DNA of 64,000 nucleotides from a virus: IMG/VR virus record IMGVR_UViG_3300025162_000043, positions 14,055 to 78,054 of that record; one strand, 5' to 3'. Shown piece by piece: positions 29,422 to 39,555 of this stretch (position 1 is its first letter; each line of letters starts with the position of its first letter). The notes under the pieces were generated by a model. It saw only the letters and a program-made list of their open reading frames with translations, ran no database searches and was not told where the DNA came from. The position numbers and the translations under genes were made by a program.

Positions 29422-29853
29422 ACCAATACATTAGCACACAAAAGTTATTTGTCAAACCGAAAATGCCGATTGTTAGCATAAATGATGGGATACTTACTAT
29501 TTTTCGGAGGGTTCATCCCATAAAAATAATAGGGCTTATCTGTATTGAAATGTATCCACCAAGAACCGTCATACTCGGATTGCTTGTAACAAAATATATT
29601 CTTCATACCAATACATTAGCACACAAAAGGAATTTGTCAAAAAGTTTCTTCAAATATCTTTTAGGCACCGCCAGCCATACGAAGAAATACTGGCCATTAA
29701 TTCTGCGTTATGAGAGAAGAATTACTGGACATTATTTCTTGGGATGACTCGGTGAAACGCAGTATTTGATTCGGTGAAGTTGAGTAAATGATTCGGTGAT
29801 AAAAACTTTGAAAAAGAATTTGACATCTTCATTTCGTGTGTTATGGTATAAGT

Positions 29854-30096
29854 ATGATAAATAAAAATCTTTGTGGTAAAATGAGAACGAAAGACAATCC
29901 TTATGAAGTCTGGCAATCCCTTGATGGGAGTTGGACATGGAAAGTTTTGAAAAAGTATCAAACTCCCGATAAAGAAATGAGCAATTCATTCGCTCGGTGG
30001 TTCTGTTATGTGACATCTCCCTTCTGTCCGTTCGGTGAAATGGGAGATACTTACATTAATGAAATTAAAAGTCAAGCCGTCAAAATCTTCATTTGA
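29854..30096 (+). CDS. Trp-rich hypothetical phage protein
   Basis: NPYEVW...WTWKVLKKYQ...ARWFC.VTSP...EMGDTY; promoter at ~29820. Confidence 0.7.
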   Translation: MINKNLCGKMRTKDNPYEVWQSLDGSWTWKVLKKYQTPDKEMSNSFARWFCYVTSPFCPFGEMGDTYINEIKSQAVKIFI

Positions 30097-30126
30097 CAAT
30101 TCGGTGAAACGTGCTAGGTTAAATAT

Positions 30127-30390
30127 ATGAACGCTAAACAATTCCGAATCGTAAAACTTGCCGTAGTGGTAAGAGAAAAAGATGCTGAATCAATTGCCGA
30201 CCAACTGTGCAATATTTCATGCGACTTTGGCATCTATACTATGAGTGCCACGGAGAGCATTCCTACTCATGCAGAATGGAAAGAGATATTAGAGAACGTG
30301 CCTGAAGAAATACTCGGTGAAACAGATGAACAACAACGGCGGGATGAAAAGCATGGGCTTTATGGTGATAAACAAGATATTAGTAATTAA
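30127..30390 (+). CDS. hypothetical protein
   Basis: 87-aa ORF with TTGACA promoter. Confidence 0.65.
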   Translation: MNAKQFRIVKLAVVVREKDAESIADQLCNISCDFGIYTMSATESIPTHAEWKEILENVPEEILGETDEQQRRDEKHGLYGDKQDISN

Positions 30391-30412
30391 CAATTAAACA
30401 AAACAAAATAAA

Positions 30413-30805
30413 ATGAACGCAAAAACAGCAACGAAACTAAATGAATTGCAAAATGCAGCAATTCCATTGGCCCTGGTAATCAATAGCCGGACACTTTGCA
30501 TCCTCACTGGCAAAGTACATAAGTCAACAGCCAAGGCAATAACTGCCGCATTGACTAGAGTGCTTCCCGCAACAATTGCCAATCGGATTATCTATGGCGC
30601 AAAGCATCGGGAATTTGTAGCGTTGCCCGAAGTCGTTGAAATGTCGTGCCCTATGTTTTACTGGCTAACTTCTGAAGATACATACAAATTGGCACTGCCA
30701 GAGATTACTGCCATAATCAATCAACAGAATACGGAAACCCTCAATGCCTATGAAACATACAGACTGGCGTGTGAACAGGGAGTAGCCGTACCCCCTGAGA
30801 AATAA
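30413..30805 (+). CDS. hypothetical protein
   Basis: 130-aa ORF. Confidence 0.7.
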   Translation: MNAKTATKLNELQNAAIPLALVINSRTLCILTGKVHKSTAKAITAALTRVLPATIANRIIYGAKHREFVALPEVVEMSCPMFYWLTSEDTYKLALPEITAIINQQNTETLNAYETYRLACEQGVAVPPEK

Positions 30806-30807
30806 CT

Positions 30808-30858
30808 ATCAACTACAACCCCAGGGCTAAAACCCTTGGGGTTTCCCTCCTTCAAAAT
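30808..30858 (-). mobile_element. IS200/IS605-family hybrid hairpin scar
   Basis: TTCAT|attttgaagGAGGGAAACCCCAAGGGTTTTAGCCCTGGGGTTGTAGTTGAT between the stop at 30805 and ATG 30859. Confidence 0.7.
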
Positions 30859-31065
30859 ATGAAACAAGTAACTTGTAAATCTGGATTAAAAGGATGGCAG
30901 GGCCATTTGCGAGAGAATTATGCATCCTTCAATGAGTTTGAATATTTCTCGGAGCAAAATGGACTTCATGCCAGGCTTGGGTATAAAACCGCTTTAGCGG
31001 CTTGGCACAATAATCCAAAAATTCAAGGCTCGGTGAATCCCAGTGATTATCGGAGGGTTCGGTGA
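30859..31065 (+). CDS. hypothetical protein
   Basis: 68-aa ORF. Confidence 0.65.
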   Translation: MKQVTCKSGLKGWQGHLRENYASFNEFEYFSEQNGLHARLGYKTALAAWHNNPKIQGSVNPSDYRRVR

Positions 31066-31247
31066 AAACAATATACTTTCAATTAACTCTCAATGTTGCA
31101 TTTGACCCGAATGGAACTACTCCTGCTGAATTGAAAGCAAATCTATTACAAGTTATTAAGGATGCCACAAGTAACGGCACACTGACAGGAGAGACCCCCG
31201 CAACCGTGAAGCAGTATGCTGTTTCGGTGAATCAACTTAAAAAATGA
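31062..31247 (+). CDS. hypothetical protein
   Basis: 61-aa ORF, GTGA overlap with the upstream gene. Confidence 0.6.
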   Translation: MKTIYFQLTLNVAFDPNGTTPAELKANLLQVIKDATSNGTLTGETPATVKQYAVSVNQLKK

Positions 31248-31430
31248 TGTTATGTCATATTTTGCCCATCTTAAAGCGAACTGGAAAGTTGCCGTGAAAT
31301 GTTTGGCTTTATCCACCTTTCATTTTATTCATGGTATTGTTCCTTGCAAATATACCGAGCATGAATATTATGGGTTTAATTTCAAAAAAGATAGTTGACA
31401 TTCTTCCCCCGAACTGTTATTCTTAGTGGC

Positions 31431-31706
31431 ATGAAAAACAAATGGATATTAAGAAATAGAATGTCAACACAGGAATTTGATAGTTTCCCCTATGCTTTCC
31501 GTAATATGTTCGCTATTGTGAAAAAGAGTGCAGAGACAGGAAAGCTAGAGGAAACAATTAAAAGCATAAGAATCATTAGTCCTCAAAAAGATAGTTATGG
31601 AGACCCACGAAAATATAACTATACTGCCGCGTGTGAAATGGCTAAAGCAAGCGGACTTCTGAGTTCTGATGATCAAATCAATTCAAAGGAATTCAAACGA
31701 AAATGA
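31431..31706 (+). CDS. hypothetical protein
   Basis: ATG after TTGACA promoter; terminator ~31745-31767. Confidence 0.65.
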   Translation: MKNKWILRNRMSTQEFDSFPYAFRNMFAIVKKSAETGKLEETIKSIRIISPQKDSYGDPRKYNYTAACEMAKASGLLSSDDQINSKEFKRK

Positions 31707-31853
31707 AACAAATCACTTAACGTGAACTAAAATTTTATCCATTGCCCCGCTTATGCGGGGTTTTTTATTGCCCACCGAATATAAGAAATACTGGCCAGTA
31801 AATTTTATTTCAAACGCACTTGACATTTTCCGAAAATGTGGTTTATTCGTGCT

Positions 31854-32223
31854 ATGACAAAAATTGAAGCCATAGCATATCTTCGCAAGAAAGTACTTTT
31901 GGAAAAGAAAGCTGCACTCAAAGAACAATTCAATGTTGCTCGGCGGGAAACCGAAGAAACAATGAGAGAACTTGAAGAAATAGAGAAAAAGAATTTGACA
32001 AATCAAGAAGATGATATAAAATAATAATATGACTAACAAAAAAAGAAATTCATTGCCGACGGTGAAACAATCCATTGCTCACATTGAAGCTACAGACTAT
32101 AAGTTAATGCACCGCAAACGAGGATTGTATATCTTTCGCAGTGAGACCCGTCCATTACATGCCAGAGAATTAGCATTCACCATGCGAGAATTGCGGGATG
32201 CTCACCGAGGAATTGGATTTTAA
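31854..32223 (+). CDS. two small hypothetical proteins (31854-32024, 32029-32223)
   Basis: promoter at ~31820; tandem ORFs. Confidence 0.55.
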
Positions 32224-32411
32224 GACACAATTTCGTAAGCATCTTTCGGCAATCCATAATAAGTATCCCCGTCATAGGTTTCAAAGAAAACAGGATTCAA
32301 CGTCTCTACGTTGAGTTCCTGCCATTTTCGTAAGGTAATATCCCATGTCTCATCCAATTTCGGTTTGTACACCTCAACCAATATATCTCTGAGAATTCTT
32401 ATTTTAGTCAT
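32220..32411 (-). CDS. hypothetical protein
   Basis: MTKIRIL... start downstream of the palindrome. Confidence 0.5.
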   Translation of the reverse strand: MTKIRILRDILVEVYKPKLDETWDITLRKWQELNVETLNPVFFETYDGDTYYGLPKDAYEIVS

Positions 32412-32511
32412 ATTGATATATACTGGCCAGTAAATGTTTACGTATCCATTTTCGGTGAGTAAACAAAAAAAGACCCCATCACTTGATGGAGTCTTCGGCA
32501 ATAAAAAGAAA

Positions 32512-32697
32512 CTATTTAGAAATTGGACGAGTAAGTATGATTATACGAAAGACTGTTTCGCCCTCAAGGAGTAATTCCTGATTATCATTGATAAGTTGTA
32601 CAATCTTTTTACCTTCAATCAAATCACCCTTTTTAATCATCTTGTTCTCATCGTATGTCATTTCTACACTGGGCACCCAAATTTGAGTTAGTTTCAT
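32512..32697 (-). CDS. hypothetical protein
   Basis: 61-aa ORF whose ATG forms the element target motif. Confidence 0.6.
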   Translation of the reverse strand: MKLTQIWVPSVEMTYDENKMIKKGDLIEGKKIVQLINDNQELLLEGETVFRIIILTRPISK

Positions 32698-33093
32698 ATT
32701 TTTCCTTTCGTTGCGGAAACCCCGATGGCTTTAGCCTCGGGGAGGAGCAACGAAATATAATTAATAATTTCTGTTGACATTCTTCTTAATTCCTGTTATA
32801 CATATCACAGTTCTTTGATACATGGTTTGGATAGTAGAAAATAATTGCTTCTATCCAGTAAAATCAATCAAGCATCGTTTTGTGAATAGACCAGAAGGCA
32901 CTCCGCTTGCGGAGGAACCGTTATGTAGGGTCTTTGACTCACAATCAACATCCTCCTCATTATCCGTTAAGGATAAACTGGAAGGCAGGCCACGGTCAAT
33001 TGGCCAACCGTCTGTAAATCTTTCTTGAATTATGTTAAGCATAAGCATTAGAGTCTGGCAAGCCCCGACCCTTCAGGGTCGCGGGTAGTTGAC
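32698..33093 (+). mobile_element. 396-bp non-autonomous IS200/IS605 derivative carrying a promoter and a TnpB reRNA scaffold
   Basis: LE hairpin 32709-32752; TTGACA-N17-TATACA promoter ~32773; 33/39 match to the tnpB 3' end at 32984-33022; RE ending GTAGTTGAC. Confidence 0.85.
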
Positions 33094-33302
33094 ATTTTTA
33101 CACCCTTACCCACCAATTGTAATGCATCATCGCTTTCAATGGCGATCAATGTCCAATCGCATATATCCCCGCCAGTATCACTAAGACCATCAAGATCCCG
33201 CAATCGGAAATACTCCATGTCAAAACAAGGATGCTCCATTGCAATTCTACGAATGGATTTTAATGCTTTTATCATCTCAGCTTCGGCAGATAGATTTGTC
33301 AT
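33048..33302 (-). CDS. hypothetical protein (C-terminus extended into the element RE)
   Basis: 84-aa ORF; reconstructed empty site ends ...GVKI*. Confidence 0.65.
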   Translation of the reverse strand: MTNLSAEAEMIKALKSIRRIAMEHPCFDMEYFRLRDLDGLSDTGGDICDWTLIAIESDDALQLVGKGVKMSTTRDPEGSGLARL

Positions 33303-34522
33303 AATTCAGTATATTCCACCGAGACAGAGGAAGGAGTAGCTAAATATGGAGAAGCACAATATTTCTTCTTAGCTTTCTTCTCAGCCGCATTGTGAGAGCC
33401 AGCTTTGATATATCCCCTCTCAAGCCCATTTACATAAACAATAAAGGTTTTCATATTATTTTTAATCGCCGCTGTCAATTTTGATATATGCCTCTGCAAG
33501 ATAGATATAACGACATCCTTCTACCTTAGTGAATGCCCCAAGACTACAGCCAGCATTCCCCTTTGGTAACATTTTGGCAATCTCACTTCTCCATTGCAAG
33601 GAAGTACGAGACGAAACATTGTCATAAGTGGTATCATCTGGATTGCCTTTAACATATACCAAGTAATTGAAATGGTCATAAGACCGACCAAGCGGTTTAC
33701 TTCCATTCTCAACGATTGCTATGTGAATAGACTCAAGGTTAATTGTCATATTGTTATTTAATCTACAAATTCATGATCGGCAAATACTTTTTCAATAGGT
33801 TTCAGCTCTGCCTTTGCTTTTGGTTCTGGACTTTTTGTGGCGAACAATCCTACTCTCCATCCTAATTTTAACAATGCCTTATCAAGTGCATCGTCATAAT
33901 CATATGCTTCCACTTCAAAAGAATTGTTATTGTCTTTATAGTTATATACAGTAAATGTTCTCATATCTATACAATACACCGCTTGCCTAAATTGTCAAAT
34001 TCTTTTTCTGATTATTTTTATCGTTCGGGCCAACCATTGAGGATGACAGCCACAATCATAATAAGGATAGCCACAACGAGGACAACATTCCCCACAAATT
34101 CTTATGTGAGTCATAAATGAGTCAGTTACTTTATCTCCTTCGGGAAACATAGATATACGTCTCCATCGGTATTTCTAACAATAAAAGAATTGTCATTGGG
34201 AAGATATACAATTTCAGAAATAGTAATAACATCACCCGTACTAATTGTAATTTCATCTCCTGGCTTCAGATTCTTTCTCCAATCTTTACAATTGTCTGAA
34301 ACCGTTGAATTCTTAGCTGTCTTTATTTTCATATTGTTGACTCAACGCCTGATATATTTTTCGGGTATATTCCGCTAAATTCATAAATTGTTCTTCCGTA
34401 TAAGCCATAGACTTCTCTTCTATTTCTCTTTGTTTATTCTCCGCAATCATAGCCTGCATCTGACATTCAGAATAAAATAAAAGTTCTGCTATGGCCATCT
34501 CGGTTGTATTGTCTATAATCAT
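33299..34522 (-). CDS. cluster of small hypothetical proteins (33299-33454, 33462-33749, 33758-33964, 34126-34332, 34313-34522)
   Basis: co-oriented ORFs; two share a duplicated ~45-bp promoter block. Confidence 0.6.
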
Positions 34523-34565
34523 ATCTATACAATACACCGCTTGCCTAAATTGTCAAATTCTTTCT
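33962..34565 (-). promoter_or_regulatory. duplicated sigma70-type promoter block (33962-34006 and 34520-34564)
   Basis: identical TTGACAATTTAGGCAAGCGGTGTATTGTATAGATATG. Confidence 0.85.
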
Positions 34566-34616
34566 CCGATTATTTTCTATTTGACATTCTCAATAGGTGT
34601 GCTATATTTATCGTAT

Positions 34617-35015
34617 ATGGCAAAAATAGATTCAAATAATACGTTCGGTGATTTTTCAAAACGAATTAACCTGTCTTCAGATAGACATAACCTTAAACCT
34701 ATAGCACCATCACTAACCTTTGAAAAATACCTTATACAATCTATTAAAGAAGGTAACGCTATACTTGAAGCCGAAAAGAATTCGGTGAATACACCGCCTA
34801 AACCTGACTCGGTGAAGTTACCTACCAACCCCTGCACTGAAGTAAGTAAAAATGCCTACACAAGAGCAAGAATTGAAATCCTGGCAAAGTTAACCCCAAT
34901 AGCCCGAGGTGTTATTGAAAAAATGGAACGAAATGAATTGGAAAAAGATAATCGTTACGATAGATTCTGCCAAGCTATCGCCATACTCGGAGATAAATTA
35001 AGTGAACAAAAATAG
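34617..35015 (+). CDS. hypothetical protein
   Basis: ATG after ATATTTAT motif. Confidence 0.7.
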   Translation: MAKIDSNNTFGDFSKRINLSSDRHNLKPIAPSLTFEKYLIQSIKEGNAILEAEKNSVNTPPKPDSVKLPTNPCTEVSKNAYTRARIEILAKLTPIARGVIEKMERNELEKDNRYDRFCQAIAILGDKLSEQK

Positions 35016-35017
35016 TT

Positions 35018-35353
35018 ATGTTATACATTGACCCATCAAAATTACTCAGTCGTAAATTCTACGTCCATGACTCAAAAATCATTTATACTGCAATCGGATA
35101 TGGCCAAAATGAAACCGCATTCATTGTAGGAGAATACCCAGACCCAGGCTATTTAGCCAAATATAACCGTCTCGTAACCCATAAACTAACCGATTGCAAA
35201 TTCACTGACTTTGTGCCATCAGCAGTATCTTCACCTTCACCACCACCGCCAATTCCACCTTCATGGGATACAGATTCAATTGCACCACCACCGTATCCAC
35301 CACCACCAATTCCACCTTCATGGGATACAGATTCAATTGCAACTGTTCCATAG
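35018..35353 (+). CDS. hypothetical protein with duplicated Pro-rich tail
   Basis: PPPIPPSWDTDSIA x2; terminator ~35381-35406. Confidence 0.7.
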   Translation: MLYIDPSKLLSRKFYVHDSKIIYTAIGYGQNETAFIVGEYPDPGYLAKYNRLVTHKLTDCKFTDFVPSAVSSPSPPPPIPPSWDTDSIAPPPYPPPPIPPSWDTDSIATVP

Positions 35354-35581
35354 CTTTCATTGCAATTGCAACAAACCTAACCCCTTGACCGTTCAAGGGG
35401 TTTTTTAATGCCATTGGCTATAAGAAATACTGGCCAGTAAATCTATTCTAACTATATGATTCATATCAAGACAGGAAAAAACGGCAGGAACCCCCTGCCG
35501 CCAATATGACTAACACCACACCTTAAGGCTTCCAAAATTTATGTTTCAATCCGCATCCCTTGCGGGATGATATACCGCATC

Positions 35582-36085
35582 TTAAGGCTTCCAAAATTTA
35601 TGACGGGCTACATCGTATGCTTCTTTAACATTTGACCCGTGTCCATATACGTTCTCGTGACATAATGGATCACAGGGTATGTTATTGCACCAAACCTGTA
35701 TTCCCGCATCATCTGCAATTACAGTCATTGGCCCATCACAAAGAGGACATTTATATATCAGGTTTCCTGTAGTTACCACACGATGATTCAATTTAGCCAC
35801 TGGAGGCGTCGAAACCACTGGAGGCGGGTTAGACATGGTTTGACGCATTACAGTGGCTAGAATAGGCCCTGGCGAATTAGTACAGGCATTACCAGTTACA
35901 AGTCTGTAGAGATTTGATGCCTTTCCTCTGCCAGAAGGTTGTGGACGAGTACCTGTTTTTACAATAATACCACTCTTAAGGTCATCTTGAAGCAAAAAAT
36001 AAATTGAAAGCTTCTCTCTGCCATTAGAATCTGCCAATTCAGCTTGAGTAAATTCACCGTCGGGATATTGTAATGTATTAACCAT
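35582..36085 (-). CDS. winged-HTH plus Zn-finger protein
   Basis: FTQAELAD...GRGKASNLYRL; CPLC...WCNN.PC...CH. Confidence 0.65.
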   Translation of the reverse strand: MVNTLQYPDGEFTQAELADSNGREKLSIYFLLQDDLKSGIIVKTGTRPQPSGRGKASNLYRLVTGNACTNSPGPILATVMRQTMSNPPPVVSTPPVAKLNHRVVTTGNLIYKCPLCDGPMTVIADDAGIQVWCNNIPCDPLCHENVYGHGSNVKEAYDVARHKFWKP

Positions 36086-36237
36086 AAAATTAACCTTCTT
36101 CTAAATTTGTAATCTGTTCCACCAGGTCTTTTATAGTTTTCTCCAATTCAACCGCCTCATCTATTTTCTCACAGACAGGACAGTTTTTGCATTCGTAGCA
36201 AACTTCTTCGTGATTATGGCAACATAGAGTCATAGTT

Positions 36238-36794
36238 TTAATCAACCAGATTAGGGTTATCTTCGCACTCATGAAGCACAGAATCTTTAAGGCTAAAATA
36301 AGCAGTCTTTGCTGCATCATCCAGTGTTTCCCGCTGTTTATCATCCGAAGCATCGTCGGGAACTTGAACTGTCACAATTGCCGACCAAACATAAGTTGCG
36401 GTCAAACTTTTCATGCTCTTATTCATTCGTGCATCCTTTTGAATTGCTTTAACAAAATTATGTAACTTAGCATAATTACTAGTATTAAAGTCGCCATCAC
36501 AAAACTTATCTGCCCATTCTTTTGGTGTTTTCATATTTATCACTCTAACACAACATTGAAATTTGTCAAATGGAATTATCAATCTTTAACGATTTGCTCA
36601 TCATAAATCCATTGACCGAGTTTGCCGCTCAAGGTTTCCCCAATATAACCCTCTTTGGGATTTTCGGGGGTACCCATCATTCGTACTTCCACTATTTTCA
36701 TTTTTCTGATTACATATTTGCTATCATCAATCCCATGTATGGGATATACTTTATACCGAACTACATCATTGAGTTTTAGTTTCATAATTTTCAT
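36238..36794 (-). CDS. small hypothetical proteins (36238-36534, 36579-36794)
   Basis: ORFs with TTGACAAATTTCAATGTTGTG promoters. Confidence 0.55.
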
Positions 36795-37298
36795 GACATT
36801 GCAGCAGGATTAAACGATACAACTTTGAATTGCCGTATTCTTGACTGGCAGAACTTCTTGAATTGATAGCGGGGATGTTCATTCTTTACGGTTCTCTCCA
36901 ATCCTGTAATATAACTCCCCGTTGCTGAAATAAGACGTACAACACGAAATACAAGTTCCCCCTGTAATTGACGAAGGATAATCAAAAGTGACAAGAGGAC
37001 TCTTTTCAATTATCCGTGAATTCCTTGAGGCTTTAGCTCTCACATAACCAGAAAATACAAACACATTCATCATGCCTATATAATAACACAACATTGAAAT
37101 TTGTCAAATGAAAATAAAAAATATAAAAAGTTGCCGACAGGATTATTTGTGTTATAGTTATCCAACATTGACGAAATGAAGTTTTGGTTCATAGTTATTG
37201 ATTGACACGAAAGCACTACCAATAAAATAATTTCTCAGTTAAGCCCCCCGGAATTTTGGGTAGTGCCTTCTTCCGAGGGGCATTTTATTTAAGGCACT

Positions 37299-37784
37299 AT
37301 GACTAAACCGTTTTTTTTGAAAGTTCCGAGTGATTTACTCGCCCGAACTGATATTACATCAACCCGAAAACTAATTCTTTCCTATTTCCAACTTCGCTCA
37401 GGTATTAACAACTGGACCTTTAATGCCACTGATATATCCATAACAATAGGGATTTGTTATAGAACTGCCAAAAGAGAACTCAAAGACCTTGAATCAAATG
37501 GAATAATCAAATGTATAGGTTATTCTTCCAGATGGCAAAAAAGATATAAGAAATACATTCTCATAGAACAGGACAAAATGTCCTTTTCCAGAAAGGGACA
37601 AAATGTCCCCTCCAGAAAGGGACAAAATGTCCCACTAGAAGAAGTACAGAAAAAAGAAGTACCAGAAGTATATAAGAAAGAGAGTACAGAAGTACATAGT
37701 ACTCCTGGTATTATACAGGAAAACGTAGAAGACATTATTCGGCAGATACGATATAACTCCCAATTTCTTGTAACTCGAAAATAA
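37299..37784 (+). CDS. HTH protein resembling the N-terminal DNA-binding part of a phage replication initiator
   Basis: FLKVP..LL.RTDIT..RKLIL...ATDISITIGICYRTAKRELKDLESNGII; internal GQNVP repeats. Confidence 0.65.
   Translation: MTKPFFLKVPSDLLARTDITSTRKLILSYFQLRSGINNWTFNATDISITIGICYRTAKRELKDLESNGIIKCIGYSSRWQKRYKKYILIEQDKMSFSRKGQNVPSRKGQNVPLEEVQKKEVPEVYKKESTEVHSTPGIIQENVEDIIRQIRYNSQFLVTRK
37571..37633. repeat. three iteron-like inverted repeats GGACAAAATGTCC, ~24-bp period
   Basis: copies at ~37571, 37596, 37620. Confidence 0.85.
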
Positions 37785-37787
37785 TCT

Positions 37788-38003
37788 ATGAACTTAATGA
37801 ATCCTATTGAAATTCAATTAAAACGAAAAGCCAAACGACTTGGGTATAGATTGAGACGTATTCCAACAAATGATCCGTGGTATCTTTCAATTGGTCCCTA
37901 TTACATGGTTAATCGATCTTCCAATAGGGTATATTACAAACGGCTTGGCTTACACGAAGTATTTGGAATCCTAACCACCATTCAACCTCCCAATAAAAAA
38001 TAA
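37788..38003 (+). CDS. hypothetical basic protein
   Basis: 71-aa ORF following the HTH gene. Confidence 0.6.
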   Translation: MNLMNPIEIQLKRKAKRLGYRLRRIPTNDPWYLSIGPYYMVNRSSNRVYYKRLGLHEVFGILTTIQPPNKK

Positions 38004-38189
38004 ACAAATACTGGCCAGTAATTCTTATACTATATTTCAATAGTATTCCGTCCGTTATTATATTAAGAATTTGAAGAAATACTGGACATTAAATATTAAT
38101 AAATACTGGCCAGTATTTCTCAATATTGGCAGTAAATGATTCGGTGAAACGGAGTATTTCATTCGGTGAGTACAAAGAAAAACGACGAA

Positions 38190-38680
38190 TGAAATAATTG
38201 CATACGTTCTCACGTGCATAAGTGCTTAAGCAACTACTTACATTCGCCGTTTTAATGAGAGTATGGAGAAAGTTAGCTATCCTTTTATCCATACTCTCTT
38301 TCACCGTTACATTAGACAAGAGGGTTTATTTAACCTCTGTTATATTCTCTTATTTATCAGGGCGAGGGCTTCCACTGAAAACCAGTCTAATTCAACGGGA
38401 TTTGATTCCCATTCTACTGAGATTCCTCTGTTACTTGTGACTGTGACTTAACTTGACTTGTGACCGCACTTGTGAAGGTCACAGTAGAATGTTATCCTTA
38501 CTGAATAGAATCAAAATTAGATGTTACGGGGGTTTGTGTTTACTGGACTCACCTTATCCCGTTTTTGTGGTAGTTGTCCTATTCCTACCCATTAACTAAC
38601 ATCCAAATTCAAAGATCAATCTGCAAAAACACCAACTTTCCGAGTCATTTTCAGTTGGTTGACTCATCAACTAGTCATCC
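38190..38680 (-). ncRNA. candidate large structured non-coding RNA
   Basis: no credible ORF; multiple nested helices and an H-type pseudoknot (see findings); strand inferred from the upstream gene. Confidence 0.5.
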
Positions 38681-38681
38681 G

Positions 38682-38876
38682 CTATTCCTCATTATACAAA
38701 AGCATATCCGTATGATCCCCCTTGAACCTTACTCCTGTTTTATCATACGTTTGCTTTGTATTCTCATCATACCGACCCACAGTTGCACCAGATGCATCCT
38801 GTACCAATGTCTGAGAACCATACTTAACCTTATACCCTATCGTCCTACCACTACCGTCTCTTATTGTCTCTTTCAT
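38682..38876 (-). CDS. small beta-hairpin repeat protein
   Basis: RDGSGRTIG / QDASGATVG / YDKTG repeats. Confidence 0.7.
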   Translation of the reverse strand: MKETIRDGSGRTIGYKVKYGSQTLVQDASGATVGRYDENTKQTYDKTGVRFKGDHTDMLLYNEE

Positions 38877-38933
38877 ACCTATACCCTAACACATTCTTGA
38901 AAATTGTCAAATTCTTTCTTCATTTTTGTTCAA

Positions 38934-39555
38934 TCAAAATTCTTCCTCAATCTTCAGAGGAACCAATGAATAAAGCCGAATGACACTTTGACTACCCTCA
39001 TGATCATACAACGAAATCAGATGGTCACTACTCATAATCGCATTGCTCAATCCAATCTCAGTGAAAATAACAGAAAACTCCTGCTCATCATCAACCCAAT
39101 TCATGCGGAGAACTTCGTTATCCTCTTTCCCCGTGATCTCACTCACAGTCACCGAATGTAAATAAGGACTGTCATCCACAACTATAACATCGGTGCGATC
39201 AATAAAATTTAGTAAATATTTAACTTTCTCAGTATTCATAACACACTCTTGATAATTGTCAAATTCTTTCTTCACTTTCTTCGGAAACCCCCCTCTCTCC
39301 CGGGGGTATGGGAATATATGTTACTTTATTCTCAATGTCCACAATATGGACACCCTCTCCCACCGGTAACTCCCTTGGGGGAAACCACCAAATTTCTTCA
39401 CCGTAAATGGTTGCTTTATCACGTTGAACCCAGTCTTGGGCAATATCACTCCAGAACAGATTCAAGTCATTTTCTCCAACGGGACCAATGATTAAGTATT
39501 TAGGCATAAGTAACCTTGCGAAATATGGAATCATAATTGGCTCGCATGGTATCAA
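38934..39555 (-). CDS. two hypothetical proteins (38934-~39239, 39259-~39507)
   Basis: co-oriented ORFs. Confidence 0.6.

Noticed and set aside
22657-29747. Short ORFs containing KKYWPV/YWPVF (e.g. 22657-22872, 27019-27318, 28536-28739, 29463-29747)
   Set aside because: They are translations of the palindromic repeat, not genes.
35522-35602. 22-bp duplication CTTAAGGCTTCCAAAATTTATG as an attachment site
   Set aside because: No integrase nearby; more simply a local duplication of a gene end.
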